From Candidatus Gottesmanbacteria bacterium (GTDB lineage: Bacteria; Patescibacteriota; Microgenomatia; 2-02-FULL-39-11), in assembly GCA_016186795.1 (NCBI GenBank), contig JACPKY010000002.1:604771-668770 (forward strand): 64,000 nt of DNA, written 5' to 3'. Every line of letters begins with the position of its first letter. Within the stretch, counting starts at the first letter, position 1. This document shows, in pieces, positions 9,610-19,951 of the stretch. A model generated the notes under the pieces. It was not told the origin of the DNA and ran no database searches. It worked only from the letters and a program-made list of their open reading frames with translations. Made by a program: the position numbers and the translations under genes.

Positions 9610-10665
9610 ATGGCAAATCTTACCGAAGTATCCGTTTACACTCGAAAGTTCTTCGTTTGGTTTATTATCGCCATTATTGCCTATATTCTTTTAAAAGGTA
9701 TGGTTGACCTCGGTGTCACGTACTGGAAGATCACCCATCCACCGCCAATTCCACCACCTGATGCGAAATTTGGAAGACTTCCCTCTCCAAACTTTTCTCA
9801 TGTTGCTTCATCTTCATCAGGGTTGACCTTTAGTCTTGTAAACATTGAAGGCCGGCCTCCAGAAACAACAACAGCAGCAAAAGTGTATTTTATGCCAAAA
9901 AAAGTTCCCACTCTTCTCTCCACTCAAAGGGCGAGAGAACTTGCCGCAAGGATGGGATTTACGAATCCGCCGAAGGAAAATACTCCTACTGAGTATTTTT
10001 ATGTTGATCCTCTCGATACGTTACGGACCTTTGCTCTTAACACAACAACACTCAATTTCCGGTATAAATACGCATACGAAAAAAAAGGTGACCTTTTTGA
10101 GAGCAACACAATAATCTCGAAGGATCAAGCCGTGGGTGAAGTCAGAACTTTTATTCAAAGCTATGGATTGTTCGATGGATCGATACTGGATGGCAATATA
10201 CAATCACAATACCTCACCTATGATTCAGGGGCAGATGTATTTCGACCTTCTGATAGTATCGCCAAGTCAAATAGCGTACGTATCGATTTTTGGCGAAAGC
10301 CAATAGGAGAATTTCCATTGGTCACACCGTTATTTTTCCAAAGTTATAACTATGCTCTCTATACGCGTGATCCTAGGGTAAAAATCGTTGATCTTTCTTA
10401 TGCGTTTTGGCCGATTGCATTTGACAACGTTGGAACGTATCCGCTCAAAACTTCGGACATGGCATGGCAGGATCTTATTGATGGATATGCGCCTATCGTG
10501 AATATGGGAGAAAACAAAGGGAATACTGTTATCATTCGCCAAATATATCTTGCCTACTATGATAGTCCCGAACCACAAATGTATTTACAACCAATTTTTG
10601 TTTTTAGAGGGGATAATAATTTTGTTGCATATCTTCCAGCGATCCTTCCTGATTGGCTGGAATAA
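9610..10665 (+). CDS. Membrane-anchored hypothetical protein
   Basis: N-terminal TM plus Pro-rich linker; start at MANL just after TATACT 9596-9601. Confidence 0.7.
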   Translation: MANLTEVSVYTRKFFVWFIIAIIAYILLKGMVDLGVTYWKITHPPPIPPPDAKFGRLPSPNFSHVASSSSGLTFSLVNIEGRPPETTTAAKVYFMPKKVPTLLSTQRARELAARMGFTNPPKENTPTEYFYVDPLDTLRTFALNTTTLNFRYKYAYEKKGDLFESNTIISKDQAVGEVRTFIQSYGLFDGSILDGNIQSQYLTYDSGADVFRPSDSIAKSNSVRIDFWRKPIGEFPLVTPLFFQSYNYALYTRDPRVKIVDLSYAFWPIAFDNVGTYPLKTSDMAWQDLIDGYAPIVNMGENKGNTVIIRQIYLAYYDSPEPQMYLQPIFVFRGDNNFVAYLPAILPDWLE

Positions 10666-11620
10666 TCTCATCAATTGTCTTCCATGTAAACGAGTCAAAA
10701 ATCCATTGGATTAACTTTTCGGTCTCCCCAAATCTGTCTTGACTTCGGAGAAGAACGATAAGAACATTCCGCCCATTCTTTCGCACCTCAGAAACTAATA
10801 TTTCTCCGCCATTTTGAGTAAATCCTGTTTTAACCCCGGAAACCCCTGGGATTTTCCCTAATAATTCATTGACGTTGGTAAGCGTATGAAATCGAGAGTA
10901 GGAAGTATCTGCTACCGTAATACTTCGAATTCCCACAGTCTTTGCAAATGTCGTATTTGCCAAAGCAACTTCAGCTTGTATGGTAAGATCTTTTGCTGTT
11001 GTATAGTTCTCAGGATGATCAAACCCGATGGGATTCGTAAAATGCGTATCGGAAAGACCAAGATCTTTACTCTTTTTATTCATCGCCTCCACAAATGCTT
11101 CAACTCCTTGCGGATAGTTCTGAGCAATTGCATATGCAGCATCATTCGCTGAGTGAATTAAAGCACCATCAAGAAGATACTCAAAAATCATTTTCTCTCC
11201 CTCAGTAAGTCCCATCGTCCTCCCCTCTTTCTCAACGAATTTGACTGTCAAAACATCGTCAGGTTTAAACTCCTCAAGCGCAACAAGCGCCGTCATAATT
11301 TTTGTTGTAGAAGCAGATGGAAATCTAACAGTTTCATTTTTTGTATAGAGAATTGCTCCTGAGTCTATATCTTTGATATAGACTCCCTCTGATGTTAAAA
11401 GGGGTGGAGGTATGTGGTTCGTATTTACTGGATAAGGAGGAGGTGAAGGAACAATATCCGTACTCAACGGCTGAAAGATACCTTCTGTTTTATTTACAGC
11501 GCGGAAATACCTGTTGGGGTATGGGAAAAGAGATAAAACAATGGTAAAAAGTAAAAACCAGACAATCTTCTCACCAATTTTTCGAAAAGAATGTCCTTGT
11601 ATGGCAGGATGCTTTGTCAT
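10604..11620 (-). CDS. D-Ala-D-Ala carboxypeptidase (peptidase S11)
   Basis: SxxK (STTK), SAN, KTG motifs. Confidence 0.9.
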   Translation of the reverse strand: MTKHPAIQGHSFRKIGEKIVWFLLFTIVLSLFPYPNRYFRAVNKTEGIFQPLSTDIVPSPPPYPVNTNHIPPPLLTSEGVYIKDIDSGAILYTKNETVRFPSASTTKIMTALVALEEFKPDDVLTVKFVEKEGRTMGLTEGEKMIFEYLLDGALIHSANDAAYAIAQNYPQGVEAFVEAMNKKSKDLGLSDTHFTNPIGFDHPENYTTAKDLTIQAEVALANTTFAKTVGIRSITVADTSYSRFHTLTNVNELLGKIPGVSGVKTGFTQNGGEILVSEVRKNGRNVLIVLLRSQDRFGETEKLIQWIFDSFTWKTIDEIIPANQEGSLEDMQQNYYPL

Positions 11621-11621
11621 T

Positions 11622-12995
11622 TCAGACCAATTTTATTCCCAATTCCTTTAATTGCTCTTGTGATACCAAACTTGGTGCATCCATGACAGAAGCTTGTCCT
11701 TGGGATGTCGTGGGAAATGCTACAACTTCGCGGAGATTTATCTCATTGGTCAAAATCATAACAAGGCGATCAACTCCAAACGCACACCCTCCGTGAGGTG
11801 GAGTCCCAAATGAAAATGCTTCAAGCATGTGACCAAACTCATTATGGATCTGGGTCCTACTATAACCAAGAATCTCAAATACCGCCTCAAGAAGTTCTTT
11901 TTTATGTGAGCGAATACTCCCTCCCCCGACTTCAAAACCGTTGCACACCAGATCATACTGAGAGGTTAGAATCTTTCCGATATTTCTCTTCATCAAAACA
12001 TCTTCAATGTATTCATCATTCGGTTTGGAGAAAGGATTATGTGTAAATGTCCACTTCCCTTCCTTATCTTTTTCAAAGAACGGAAAATCAACGACCCACG
12101 AAAACGCGAGAACGTTTTTATCTTCTTTTTCTTTTTGGGTCCGCAGATCAAATTTATCGGCTCCAAATTTCTCTATCGCCTGATTATAGGTATACACTGG
12201 GAAAGGTTTTTGCTGGATCGTCTTGCCCATCGCTTCACATACGGTTATCATCATCTCCTCAAGAATGTTCATGACATCTTCACGATCAACAAAACTCATT
12301 TCAACATCAATCTGCGTATGCTCAAATCCACGATCTGCACGAAGATCTTCATCCCGAAGGCACCTGGCAATCTGGAAATACCGTTCAAATCCTGCAGTCA
12401 TCAGAAGCTGTTTATACTGCTGAGGAGATTGAGGAAGAGCATAGAATTTTCCTTTTTGGAGTCGGGATGGAACAAGAAAATCCCGAGACCCCTCGGGTGT
12501 TGATTTTGTCAAAAGGGGTGTCTCAACCTCAACAAAATCATTTTTGGTAAAAAACTCGCGAACATTTCTGACAAACGCAGACCTGACTTGAAGATTTCTC
12601 GCAAGTCTTTTTCTTCGAAGATCTAAGTAACGGAAACGCAACCGAACTTCCTCGTTAATATCATACCCATCGGTATCAATTTGAAACGGAAGTTCTTTCG
12701 CCTTTGAGAGACAAAGTACTGAATACACTTCAACTTCGACTTCTCCTGTTGAAATTTTTGGATTTACCATTGCCGGAGGTCGCTGTCTCACAACTCCTTT
12801 TACTTCAACGACATCTTCATCTCGGGAAGAAACTACACCTTTTGCGTCAACAAGCTGAACGATTCCACTTCTATCCCGAAGGTCAAAAAAAGTAATTTTT
12901 CCATGACTTCGCCTTGTGGCAATCCACCCATATAAGGTAATCTCTTGCCCGACTTTTTTGGAAGTTTCGATAATAAGGGTTCTGTTTTTCTCCAT
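11622..12995 (-). CDS. aspS: Aspartate--tRNA ligase, short form lacking the GAD insert
   Basis: RYLDLRR, LPQSPQQYKQ, RDEDLRADR, PPHGG; only 457 aa. Confidence 0.95.
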   Translation of the reverse strand: MEKNRTLIIETSKKVGQEITLYGWIATRRSHGKITFFDLRDRSGIVQLVDAKGVVSSRDEDVVEVKGVVRQRPPAMVNPKISTGEVEVEVYSVLCLSKAKELPFQIDTDGYDINEEVRLRFRYLDLRRKRLARNLQVRSAFVRNVREFFTKNDFVEVETPLLTKSTPEGSRDFLVPSRLQKGKFYALPQSPQQYKQLLMTAGFERYFQIARCLRDEDLRADRGFEHTQIDVEMSFVDREDVMNILEEMMITVCEAMGKTIQQKPFPVYTYNQAIEKFGADKFDLRTQKEKEDKNVLAFSWVVDFPFFEKDKEGKWTFTHNPFSKPNDEYIEDVLMKRNIGKILTSQYDLVCNGFEVGGGSIRSHKKELLEAVFEILGYSRTQIHNEFGHMLEAFSFGTPPHGGCAFGVDRLVMILTNEINLREVVAFPTTSQGQASVMDAPSLVSQEQLKELGIKLV

Positions 12996-12996
12996 A

Positions 12997-14193
12997 CTAC
13001 TTGTTATATTTCCTTAATGCTAGACTTAGCAGTTCAACAGCACGTTCTAATTTTTTCTCCTCCAAAACATAAGCGATGCGTACCTCATCCTTCCCAAGTC
13101 CAGGCGTTTTATAAAATCCAGTTGCTGGCGCAACCATCACCGTTTCTCCATTATCAGAAAACTCGGTTAGTAAGTATGTTGCGAACCGATCACTATCGTC
13201 AATTGGAAGTTTTGGAATTATATAGAATGCTCCCTGTGGTGCAACACACGTCACTCCAGAAATTTTCCGAAGATTCTCAACAACAACATCTCGCCTTCTT
13301 TGATAGATTTCTTTTATCTCCCTAATATAAGAAGAATGATTATATAACATAGGTATAATTGCAACTTGCTCAACCGTTGCAACACTTAACCGCGCTTGAG
13401 CAAATCGAAGTATTGCACTCATCACATCTTTGTTCTTACTTGTAACACAACCAATGCGAAGCCCACAGGAGTTGAACCGCTTCGAGACACTATCAACAAT
13501 TACGAGTTGATTTCTTAACTTCTCAAACGAATAAAAGGGAAGAACCTTTTTCCCGTCAAATACAATTTCCTGATATGTCTCATCCGAAATAATAAACAGA
13601 TTATGCTTTAATGCAATATCTGCAAGCATTGTTACTTCTTTGTCTGTATAGAGAGTTCCTGTGGGGTTATTTGGATTGCAAACTACAATTCCTCTCGTTT
13701 TGGGGGTTACTTTTTTCTCGATTTCCTCCCGACTCGGCAGATGAAATCCATCTTCCACAAACGTCCGCACCGGCACTAATTTAATATTTCCCATCGCAGC
13801 AATAATTGCATAGCTTGTATAAAATGGTTCAAAAACTACAAGTTCCTCACTTGGATCTGCGACAGTTAGAAATGCAAAAATTAATCCTTCCGAACCTCCG
13901 CTGGTAACCAGAATATCACGCAGATCAAGTGAAACATCCTTATCTTGATAAAACTTCTGCCAGGCAGTCACAGTTTCTGAGAGGCCCGTTGACGGGGCGT
14001 ATCCAATAGTCTTTTCACTAAATGTATGGATTTTTTTCAAAATTGCCTCTGGTGTGGGAAGATCAGGATTTCCAATGTTTACATGGTAGACTGCGAGTCC
14101 TTTCTTTTTCGCTTCATCTGCAAGAGGTACTAGTTTACGTATTGCCGATGCAGGAGTATGTTTTGCTCTTTGTGAAATAGACGTGTCTCCCAT
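12997..14193 (-). CDS. Class I PLP aminotransferase, probable aspartate aminotransferase
   Basis: NIGNPD, NPNNPTG, SDETY, DSVSK...GLRIG; lies between ppcA and aspS. Confidence 0.85.
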   Translation of the reverse strand: MGDTSISQRAKHTPASAIRKLVPLADEAKKKGLAVYHVNIGNPDLPTPEAILKKIHTFSEKTIGYAPSTGLSETVTAWQKFYQDKDVSLDLRDILVTSGGSEGLIFAFLTVADPSEELVVFEPFYTSYAIIAAMGNIKLVPVRTFVEDGFHLPSREEIEKKVTPKTRGIVVCNPNNPTGTLYTDKEVTMLADIALKHNLFIISDETYQEIVFDGKKVLPFYSFEKLRNQLVIVDSVSKRFNSCGLRIGCVTSKNKDVMSAILRFAQARLSVATVEQVAIIPMLYNHSSYIREIKEIYQRRRDVVVENLRKISGVTCVAPQGAFYIIPKLPIDDSDRFATYLLTEFSDNGETVMVAPATGFYKTPGLGKDEVRIAYVLEEKKLERAVELLSLALRKYNK

Positions 14194-14228
14194 ATATATC
14201 CTCCTTCAGATTGAAAAATATTGATATA

Positions 14229-15731
14229 TTAGCCTAAACTTTTTCTAAGCATCCCTCCATATGAGAGAAGATTACTCATTTTTTTCTTTTCCTCTAAAGC
14301 TTTGAAAATCCGTCCAGAGAGAGCATAGTGTTCGAAATGAGTCCCTTTCCTTGGTCCCAATTCTTCTCCAATCTCTTTTTCCACTTCTTCAATATCTTCT
14401 AAGACCTCCTCCCATCCACCAAAGACGTTGGCAAGAGATGTCACATTCTCTTTATTGAGAAAGTATCCAGCTTTTATCATATCACTACGAAAATTCACAT
14501 AAAGAGGTAATATCTCAGTCCAAATCCCTTGGCGTTTTGCCTCGCGTATTCCTCTTCCTGTACCAATAAGCTCGGGTGGAATACCAATCGAATATAACGC
14601 TGCGGTGAATGGAATGGCTCGAGGAAGTATTATGCCACCAAACCCACGAGAATACCCAAAAAGACCAATATGTTGCATTCTTTCTCTTCGTCTTGCCAAC
14701 TGAGTACTTAAGGAGTTGATTATGGGCGCAAGTTTTTCAATCGACTGTTGATAATATTTTTCAAAAAATGGAATACTTTTTATTACAGCCTTCTTTTGAC
14801 TATCATGAATTGATATGGGGGTTTTACCAGGTAAGTACTTTTTGAGAAATTCAACAGCATCTCGAACTTGAGTTTTTTCGTAGTCATACCGAAAAGCGCT
14901 TTGCAGGGTAAGCGTTGCTACACCGCGATATTCTTCCACTCCCGTCTCAATTGAACTAGGTGAAATACCCCCTCTGAATGGTAAAGAACCAGTTCCTACC
15001 ATAGGGTAGAGCTTTACGCCTGTTTGACGTTCCAATTTCCGATATTCCCAAAGGGCAATTTTCAATGAAACGATTGTCGGAACCAGGCCGGAATTTAATG
15101 CGGGGTCGCTTCTTGCACAATACGGTCGAATATAGGCAGGAATCTTTCGAAAAACGTTACGATGAAGTACTATGTATCTTTTAAGTATTTCAGGAGATTC
15201 AACTATTTTGGCAACCTGCTCAAAAAGTGGAATGATCTCAATGGACTTCATAGATTCCCGCATTTTCAAAAGCTTGTGTTCAAGACTCACCAAATGCTGA
15301 AATGCCTCTTGAATGTCGATAATTTCCTGAGCACTTTCCGTCAAAGGAAGGATGGTTTCAAAAATAGGAGGATCGTCAAATCCAAGACTCTGCGACAGCT
15401 GACTACTTGTTATCATCACCATAAATGCCCGTGCCAAACGAAATTGTTTCTCCACACGCGGATTGGGAATTCGAAACGTAAGAAACTTGTCCCGACCAAG
15501 AGGATGTTTTTGAAAATATTCAAGATGCTGATGCAAAAGTCTATCAACAACAGCTTCGTCAACATACTTTCCCTCCCAATCCCAGTTATACTCATCAATT
15601 CCAAGATCGGAGAAACACAAGAAACACTCTTTTAGTTCGGCGGCTGTTGAGACAAATGCCCGACTATGCCAGTATGGCTTTCCTGCATTATCGGGATGCT
15701 GTGTCGCCATCCCTGTTGGAATTTTTCTCAT
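14229..15731 (-). CDS. ppcA: Archaeal-type phosphoenolpyruvate carboxylase
   Basis: MATQHPDN, WDWEGK, ARSDPALNSG, GSLPFRG, LPRAI; ~500 aa. Confidence 0.92.
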   Translation of the reverse strand: MRKIPTGMATQHPDNAGKPYWHSRAFVSTAAELKECFLCFSDLGIDEYNWDWEGKYVDEAVVDRLLHQHLEYFQKHPLGRDKFLTFRIPNPRVEKQFRLARAFMVMITSSQLSQSLGFDDPPIFETILPLTESAQEIIDIQEAFQHLVSLEHKLLKMRESMKSIEIIPLFEQVAKIVESPEILKRYIVLHRNVFRKIPAYIRPYCARSDPALNSGLVPTIVSLKIALWEYRKLERQTGVKLYPMVGTGSLPFRGGISPSSIETGVEEYRGVATLTLQSAFRYDYEKTQVRDAVEFLKKYLPGKTPISIHDSQKKAVIKSIPFFEKYYQQSIEKLAPIINSLSTQLARRRERMQHIGLFGYSRGFGGIILPRAIPFTAALYSIGIPPELIGTGRGIREAKRQGIWTEILPLYVNFRSDMIKAGYFLNKENVTSLANVFGGWEEVLEDIEEVEKEIGEELGPRKGTHFEHYALSGRIFKALEEKKKMSNLLSYGGMLRKSLG

Positions 15732-15738
15732 AAACACC

Positions 15739-15915
15739 AAAAACCTCACCTCTTTCAAAGGGTGAGATTTCTCACGGTACCACCTTTTTTTATCCTCTTT
15801 CTGCTATTACGGGCTTACCCGTCGAGTTCTAAACCTCCCGTTAAAATTGGTTTCCTCTCGCAACGTCCCCGATTGAGTCGGAAGAATAGGTTTGTCATTA
15901 CCTAATCGTCTTTTT
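15739..15915 (-). promoter_or_regulatory. T-box riboswitch, putative Asp (GAC) specifier
   Basis: AAAGG-UGGUACC-GUGAG/CUCAC-CCUUU antiterminator (bulge 15782-15776); overlapping terminator 15770-15739; Stem II with AGGA/GAA loop 15860-15823; IIA/B hairpin 15822-15809; short Stem I with GAC at 15896-15894. Confidence 0.85.
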
Positions 15916-17634
15916 AATTACTTTGGACATAATAACATCACGAAGACGAAGTTGCAAGTTAGAAGATCCGTTCCACGTATTCTTCATTACGGTAAAGGCG
16001 ATATCGACATGGCTTCCGACAGTTATATCTCCGACATTTGCACCCATTCCAAAACCAATTGCTTCTATCTGCGATACAAAAGCCAAATCCGCGTATGGGT
16101 CACGAAGAAGAAGTTTTACATGGTTTCCATTTTTACCAACTAGTCGAAGTCTCTCGACAATAAGATTTTTTACAGCGAATATTGGCTCTGGACTCCCATT
16201 TCCAAATGGACGAAACTTGGAAATTAGATCGTAAAGATCGTAAGAAACTTGGGAAAGTGAAATAAGGGCATCAATCTCAATCTCTTTTTCTCTCATATCA
16301 GGTTTTTTCTTTTCGAGAAGTTTATGAAGTTTCTTTTCTAACTCGTCAAGGTTTTTCGTTTCTACGGTAAATCCAGCAGCCATAGGGTGTCCACCGACAT
16401 CCACGAGTAATTCCTCTGCCTCCCGAATTGTTTCTACAATATTGACCCCTCGTATAGATCGAGCTGAAGCTTTCGAGTATTCCAAACCTTTAGAAACCAC
16501 AATTGTTGGCAGGTGAAATTCTTCGGCTAATTTCCCTGCAATAAGACCAATAATTCCTTGATTGTACCGTTCATCTGCGAGAAATATCATCTTTCTCCCA
16601 TTCTTTTTCTGATACGATGAATATGCCTTCACGACAGAACGCGCATGCAAAACGGATTCTTCTGTCATTACCTGTCGATCACGATTCATGGAAGAAAGTT
16701 TAGAAGCCAAAAGTCGTGCCCGTTCCTTATTGGGGGTACAAAGCAGACGAAGTGCATCAAGCGCATGGGAAAGTCTCCCCAGAGCATTGATTCTTGGTGC
16801 TAAAACGTGTCCTATCTCATACTCCCCTATCTCACCGAAACGAAGACTGCTCTCAGCGATAAGCGCTCTTAGACCTATACGTTTCGTCTTGTTTAATAGT
16901 TCAAGACCAAATTTTGCAAGTATCCTATTTTCTCCTCGCAACGGTACCAAATCCGCAATTGTTGCAAGAGAGACAAGATCAAGGTACTGTAAGATTTCCG
17001 CATCAAAGATTCCGCTTTTTTTCTGAGTCTTTCTTTTGACTTTTAAGAAATCGTACAAATACTGGCCAAAAAGAAACGCAACTCCGGTCGCACACAGTTT
17101 AGTTGAATGGATAAGCGCAAAACAGGGAAGTTTCTTTTCTGGTTTTAGATGATGGTCGACGACAATCACATCAATTCCTAAATTTCTCGCATAACGAATC
17201 TTCTCATGAGCCGTTACTCCATGATCAACGGTAATAATAAGAGAGGCATTCATTTCTTTCTTTACATGATCAATTCCTTTTTTGGATAATCCGTACCCTT
17301 CATCAACTCTATGAGGGACATGAGGAAGAACATGTGCTCCAAAACGGTAGAGTATTTCCCAAAGAATCGTCCCGCTTGCTATTCCGTCAACATCGTAATC
17401 GGTGTAAACAATGATTGATTCCTTCTTTTTGATTGCCTGAAGAATTCGTTCTGCTGCCCTTAGTAACTGCCTTCCATCAAGACCAATTGGAGCATACTTG
17501 ATATCAGACAAAGAGGGGTGCAAGAATTTATCTTGTTCACTTTTGGAAATTCCACGGTTTGTAAGAAGTATCTTTTGAATATTAACGATACTTTCTCCCG
17601 CTTTAGACTTTGCTTGAATATTCCACTTCATCAT
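15898..17634 (-). CDS. recJ: ssDNA exonuclease RecJ
   Basis: DYDVDG, DHH, TIADLVPL, GGHPMAAG. Confidence 0.95.
   Translation of the reverse strand: MMKWNIQAKSKAGESIVNIQKILLTNRGISKSEQDKFLHPSLSDIKYAPIGLDGRQLLRAAERILQAIKKKESIIVYTDYDVDGIASGTILWEILYRFGAHVLPHVPHRVDEGYGLSKKGIDHVKKEMNASLIITVDHGVTAHEKIRYARNLGIDVIVVDHHLKPEKKLPCFALIHSTKLCATGVAFLFGQYLYDFLKVKRKTQKKSGIFDAEILQYLDLVSLATIADLVPLRGENRILAKFGLELLNKTKRIGLRALIAESSLRFGEIGEYEIGHVLAPRINALGRLSHALDALRLLCTPNKERARLLASKLSSMNRDRQVMTEESVLHARSVVKAYSSYQKKNGRKMIFLADERYNQGIIGLIAGKLAEEFHLPTIVVSKGLEYSKASARSIRGVNIVETIREAEELLVDVGGHPMAAGFTVETKNLDELEKKLHKLLEKKKPDMREKEIEIDALISLSQVSYDLYDLISKFRPFGNGSPEPIFAVKNLIVERLRLVGKNGNHVKLLLRDPYADLAFVSQIEAIGFGMGANVGDITVGSHVDIAFTVMKNTWNGSSNLQLRLRDVIMSKVIKKTIR
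15929..15957 (-). promoter_or_regulatory. Sigma70-type promoter for the T-box leader, inside the recJ 3' end
   Basis: TTGCAA-17 nt-TATTAT with TGn extension. Confidence 0.6.
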
Positions 17635-17672
17635 TAAAATATTATCTGTATGGACTATAATAAGAGAGGATC

Positions 17673-19052
17673 ATGACAACAATCATTTTACCAGAAGAGG
17701 TACAAAACATTCTTCACACTCTCAAGCGAGCCGGTTTTGAGGGCTTTGTTGTGGGAGGGGGAATACGAAATGCAATTTTGCATAAACCAACCGTCAACTG
17801 GGACTTCACAACGAATGCAAAACCGCAAGAAATCCTCACTCTTTTTAAGAACAGCTTTTACAATAATACCTTTGGAACGGTTGGGGTTGCCGTACAGTTA
17901 AAAAATCCTTTCAAAAAGAGTGGAAAGCTCTCAGTGATTTTTGAAATAACTACCTACCGAAGTGAGTTTGGTTATTCCGATCACCGTCACCCAGACAAAA
18001 TAGTCTGGGGTGAAACACTTGATGAGGACTTGAAACGTCGAGATTTTACGATGAATGCACTTGCATTTGACGGAGTTCGCATCGTTGATCTTTTCGGAGG
18101 AATCAAAGATATCAAAAAAAAGATAGTCCGGGCCGTAGGTGACGGCCAAGCACGGTTTGCCGAAGATGCTCTCCGAATGGTTCGGGCAGTCCGATTTGCC
18201 ACAGAGTATTCATTCACTATCGATCCCGATACAAGTAGCGCAATTTCCAAAAACGCAGCACTTATTGCATCAATTTCAGGAGAACGGATTCGGGAGGAGC
18301 TTATAAAAATTCTTTCATCCGACTTTCCATCCGATGGCATACGACTTCTGAAAAATACCGGACTTCTGTCTTTTATCTTACCGGAGCTGGAAAAATGTTT
18401 TGGCATCGAGCAAAAAAGTCCGAAGCGACACCACGTCCACGATGTCGGGACACATCTTCTTTTATCCCTTTCCCATTGTCCATCAAAAGATCCAATTGTC
18501 AGACTTGCGACACTTCTCCATGACGTCGGAAAACCAGCGACATTTCAAAAAACAGATGAGGGTATTATTACGTTTTACAATCATGAAATCATCGGTGCCT
18601 CAATCGTGCGTCATATAGCTGATCGATTGCACCTTTCAAAAAACGAAAGAGAGAAACTGGTAACACTTGTCCGCTTCCACCAATTTACTGTTGATGAAAA
18701 ACAAACAGATTCCGCAATCAGACGATTTATAAGAAACATTGGAAAAGAAAATATCGATGATATGTTGGCTCTTCGAACAGGAGATCGGCTTGGGGGTGGA
18801 GCGCGTCAAACTTCCTGGAGATTAGAACTTTATAAAAAACGCCTCGAAGATGTTCAAAAACAACCATTCACTGTTTCTGATCTTAAAGTTGACGGACACG
18901 ATGTGATGAAAGTTTTTGATATTTCTCCGGGACCAAAGGTAGGAAAAATTCTGGAAATGCTTTTCACTCAAGTAGTTGAGGGAAAATTGAAAAACGAGAA
19001 AGAATTGCTTTTGGAAAAAATATCGGAGTTTTCGGAGAAAAAAATAGTCTAG
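17673..19052 (+). CDS. cca: CCA tRNA nucleotidyltransferase with HD domain
   Basis: VGGGIRN, WDFTT, RRDFTMNA, EDALR, LLHDVGK. Confidence 0.9.
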   Translation: MTTIILPEEVQNILHTLKRAGFEGFVVGGGIRNAILHKPTVNWDFTTNAKPQEILTLFKNSFYNNTFGTVGVAVQLKNPFKKSGKLSVIFEITTYRSEFGYSDHRHPDKIVWGETLDEDLKRRDFTMNALAFDGVRIVDLFGGIKDIKKKIVRAVGDGQARFAEDALRMVRAVRFATEYSFTIDPDTSSAISKNAALIASISGERIREELIKILSSDFPSDGIRLLKNTGLLSFILPELEKCFGIEQKSPKRHHVHDVGTHLLLSLSHCPSKDPIVRLATLLHDVGKPATFQKTDEGIITFYNHEIIGASIVRHIADRLHLSKNEREKLVTLVRFHQFTVDEKQTDSAIRRFIRNIGKENIDDMLALRTGDRLGGGARQTSWRLELYKKRLEDVQKQPFTVSDLKVDGHDVMKVFDISPGPKVGKILEMLFTQVVEGKLKNEKELLLEKISEFSEKKIV

Positions 19053-19948
19053 CGTTTTTTCCTCTCTTCCCAAAAAACAAGAAGTGGAGCTGCGTTAAAA
19101 ATTGAGGAATACGTTCCAGAGACTATTCCAATAAGAAGAGCGACCACAAACCACCGTATAGATTCTCCCCCAAAGAGAAGTAAACTAAAAAGCGTAAAAA
19201 TGACGGTCAAGGATGTTGCCAGAGATCTAGCAAGCGTCTGAATGATCGAAACATTGACGATATGTTCAAAAGATTGCGAGGGCATCTTTTGTAAGTTTTC
19301 CCGGATTCGATCAAAAACAACAATCGTGTCATGAACAGAAAATCCCATAATTGTTAAAAGGGCTGTAATAAATAATGTATCAATTTCAACGTGAAAAAAA
19401 TGGCCAAAGATGGAAAAAATACCAACGACAACGAGTATGTCATGGATAAGTGCTGCAACGGCGCATATTCCAAACTTCACGGATGAATACGGTTTCGGAA
19501 CCTGCCGGAATGCCAATGCGATATAGATAATAATAGCAACAGATGCAATGAGAACTGCTTTCATAGCGTTTGCCGTTGTCTCACTCCCGATCGTTGGACC
19601 AACTGTCTCATACCGTAATTGGGTAATATCCCCGTACCCATTTTTCAAAGCGTTCTGCAGTTCCCTATTTTTGATAGTATCAATGGGCTTTAGACGGAGA
19701 AGATAGGTATTTTCACCCGACTTCTGAATCGAGGCAATTTCCACACTCTCTTTCTCAACCACTTGCCGGATCGATTCAGCAGAATGTGTTTTTTGTGGCG
19801 AAATCTGAAATTCAAGAAGCGTTCCCCCGGTAAAATCAATTGCGGGGCGAAGACCCCAAAAAACGAGCGCAACAATACCGGGAATAATAACTAATCCCGA
19901 AATCAGAAAGAATATTTTCTTTTTCCCTATAATGTTTGGTTCACTCAT
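19049..19948 (-). CDS. secF: Protein translocase subunit SecF
   Basis: IDFTGG, HD, DTIVVFDRIRE, GTYSSIF. Confidence 0.95.
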   Translation of the reverse strand: MSEPNIIGKKKIFFLISGLVIIPGIVALVFWGLRPAIDFTGGTLLEFQISPQKTHSAESIRQVVEKESVEIASIQKSGENTYLLRLKPIDTIKNRELQNALKNGYGDITQLRYETVGPTIGSETTANAMKAVLIASVAIIIYIALAFRQVPKPYSSVKFGICAVAALIHDILVVVGIFSIFGHFFHVEIDTLFITALLTIMGFSVHDTIVVFDRIRENLQKMPSQSFEHIVNVSIIQTLARSLATSLTVIFTLFSLLLFGGESIRWFVVALLIGIVSGTYSSIFNAAPLLVFWEERKKR

Positions 19949-19951
19949 ATT

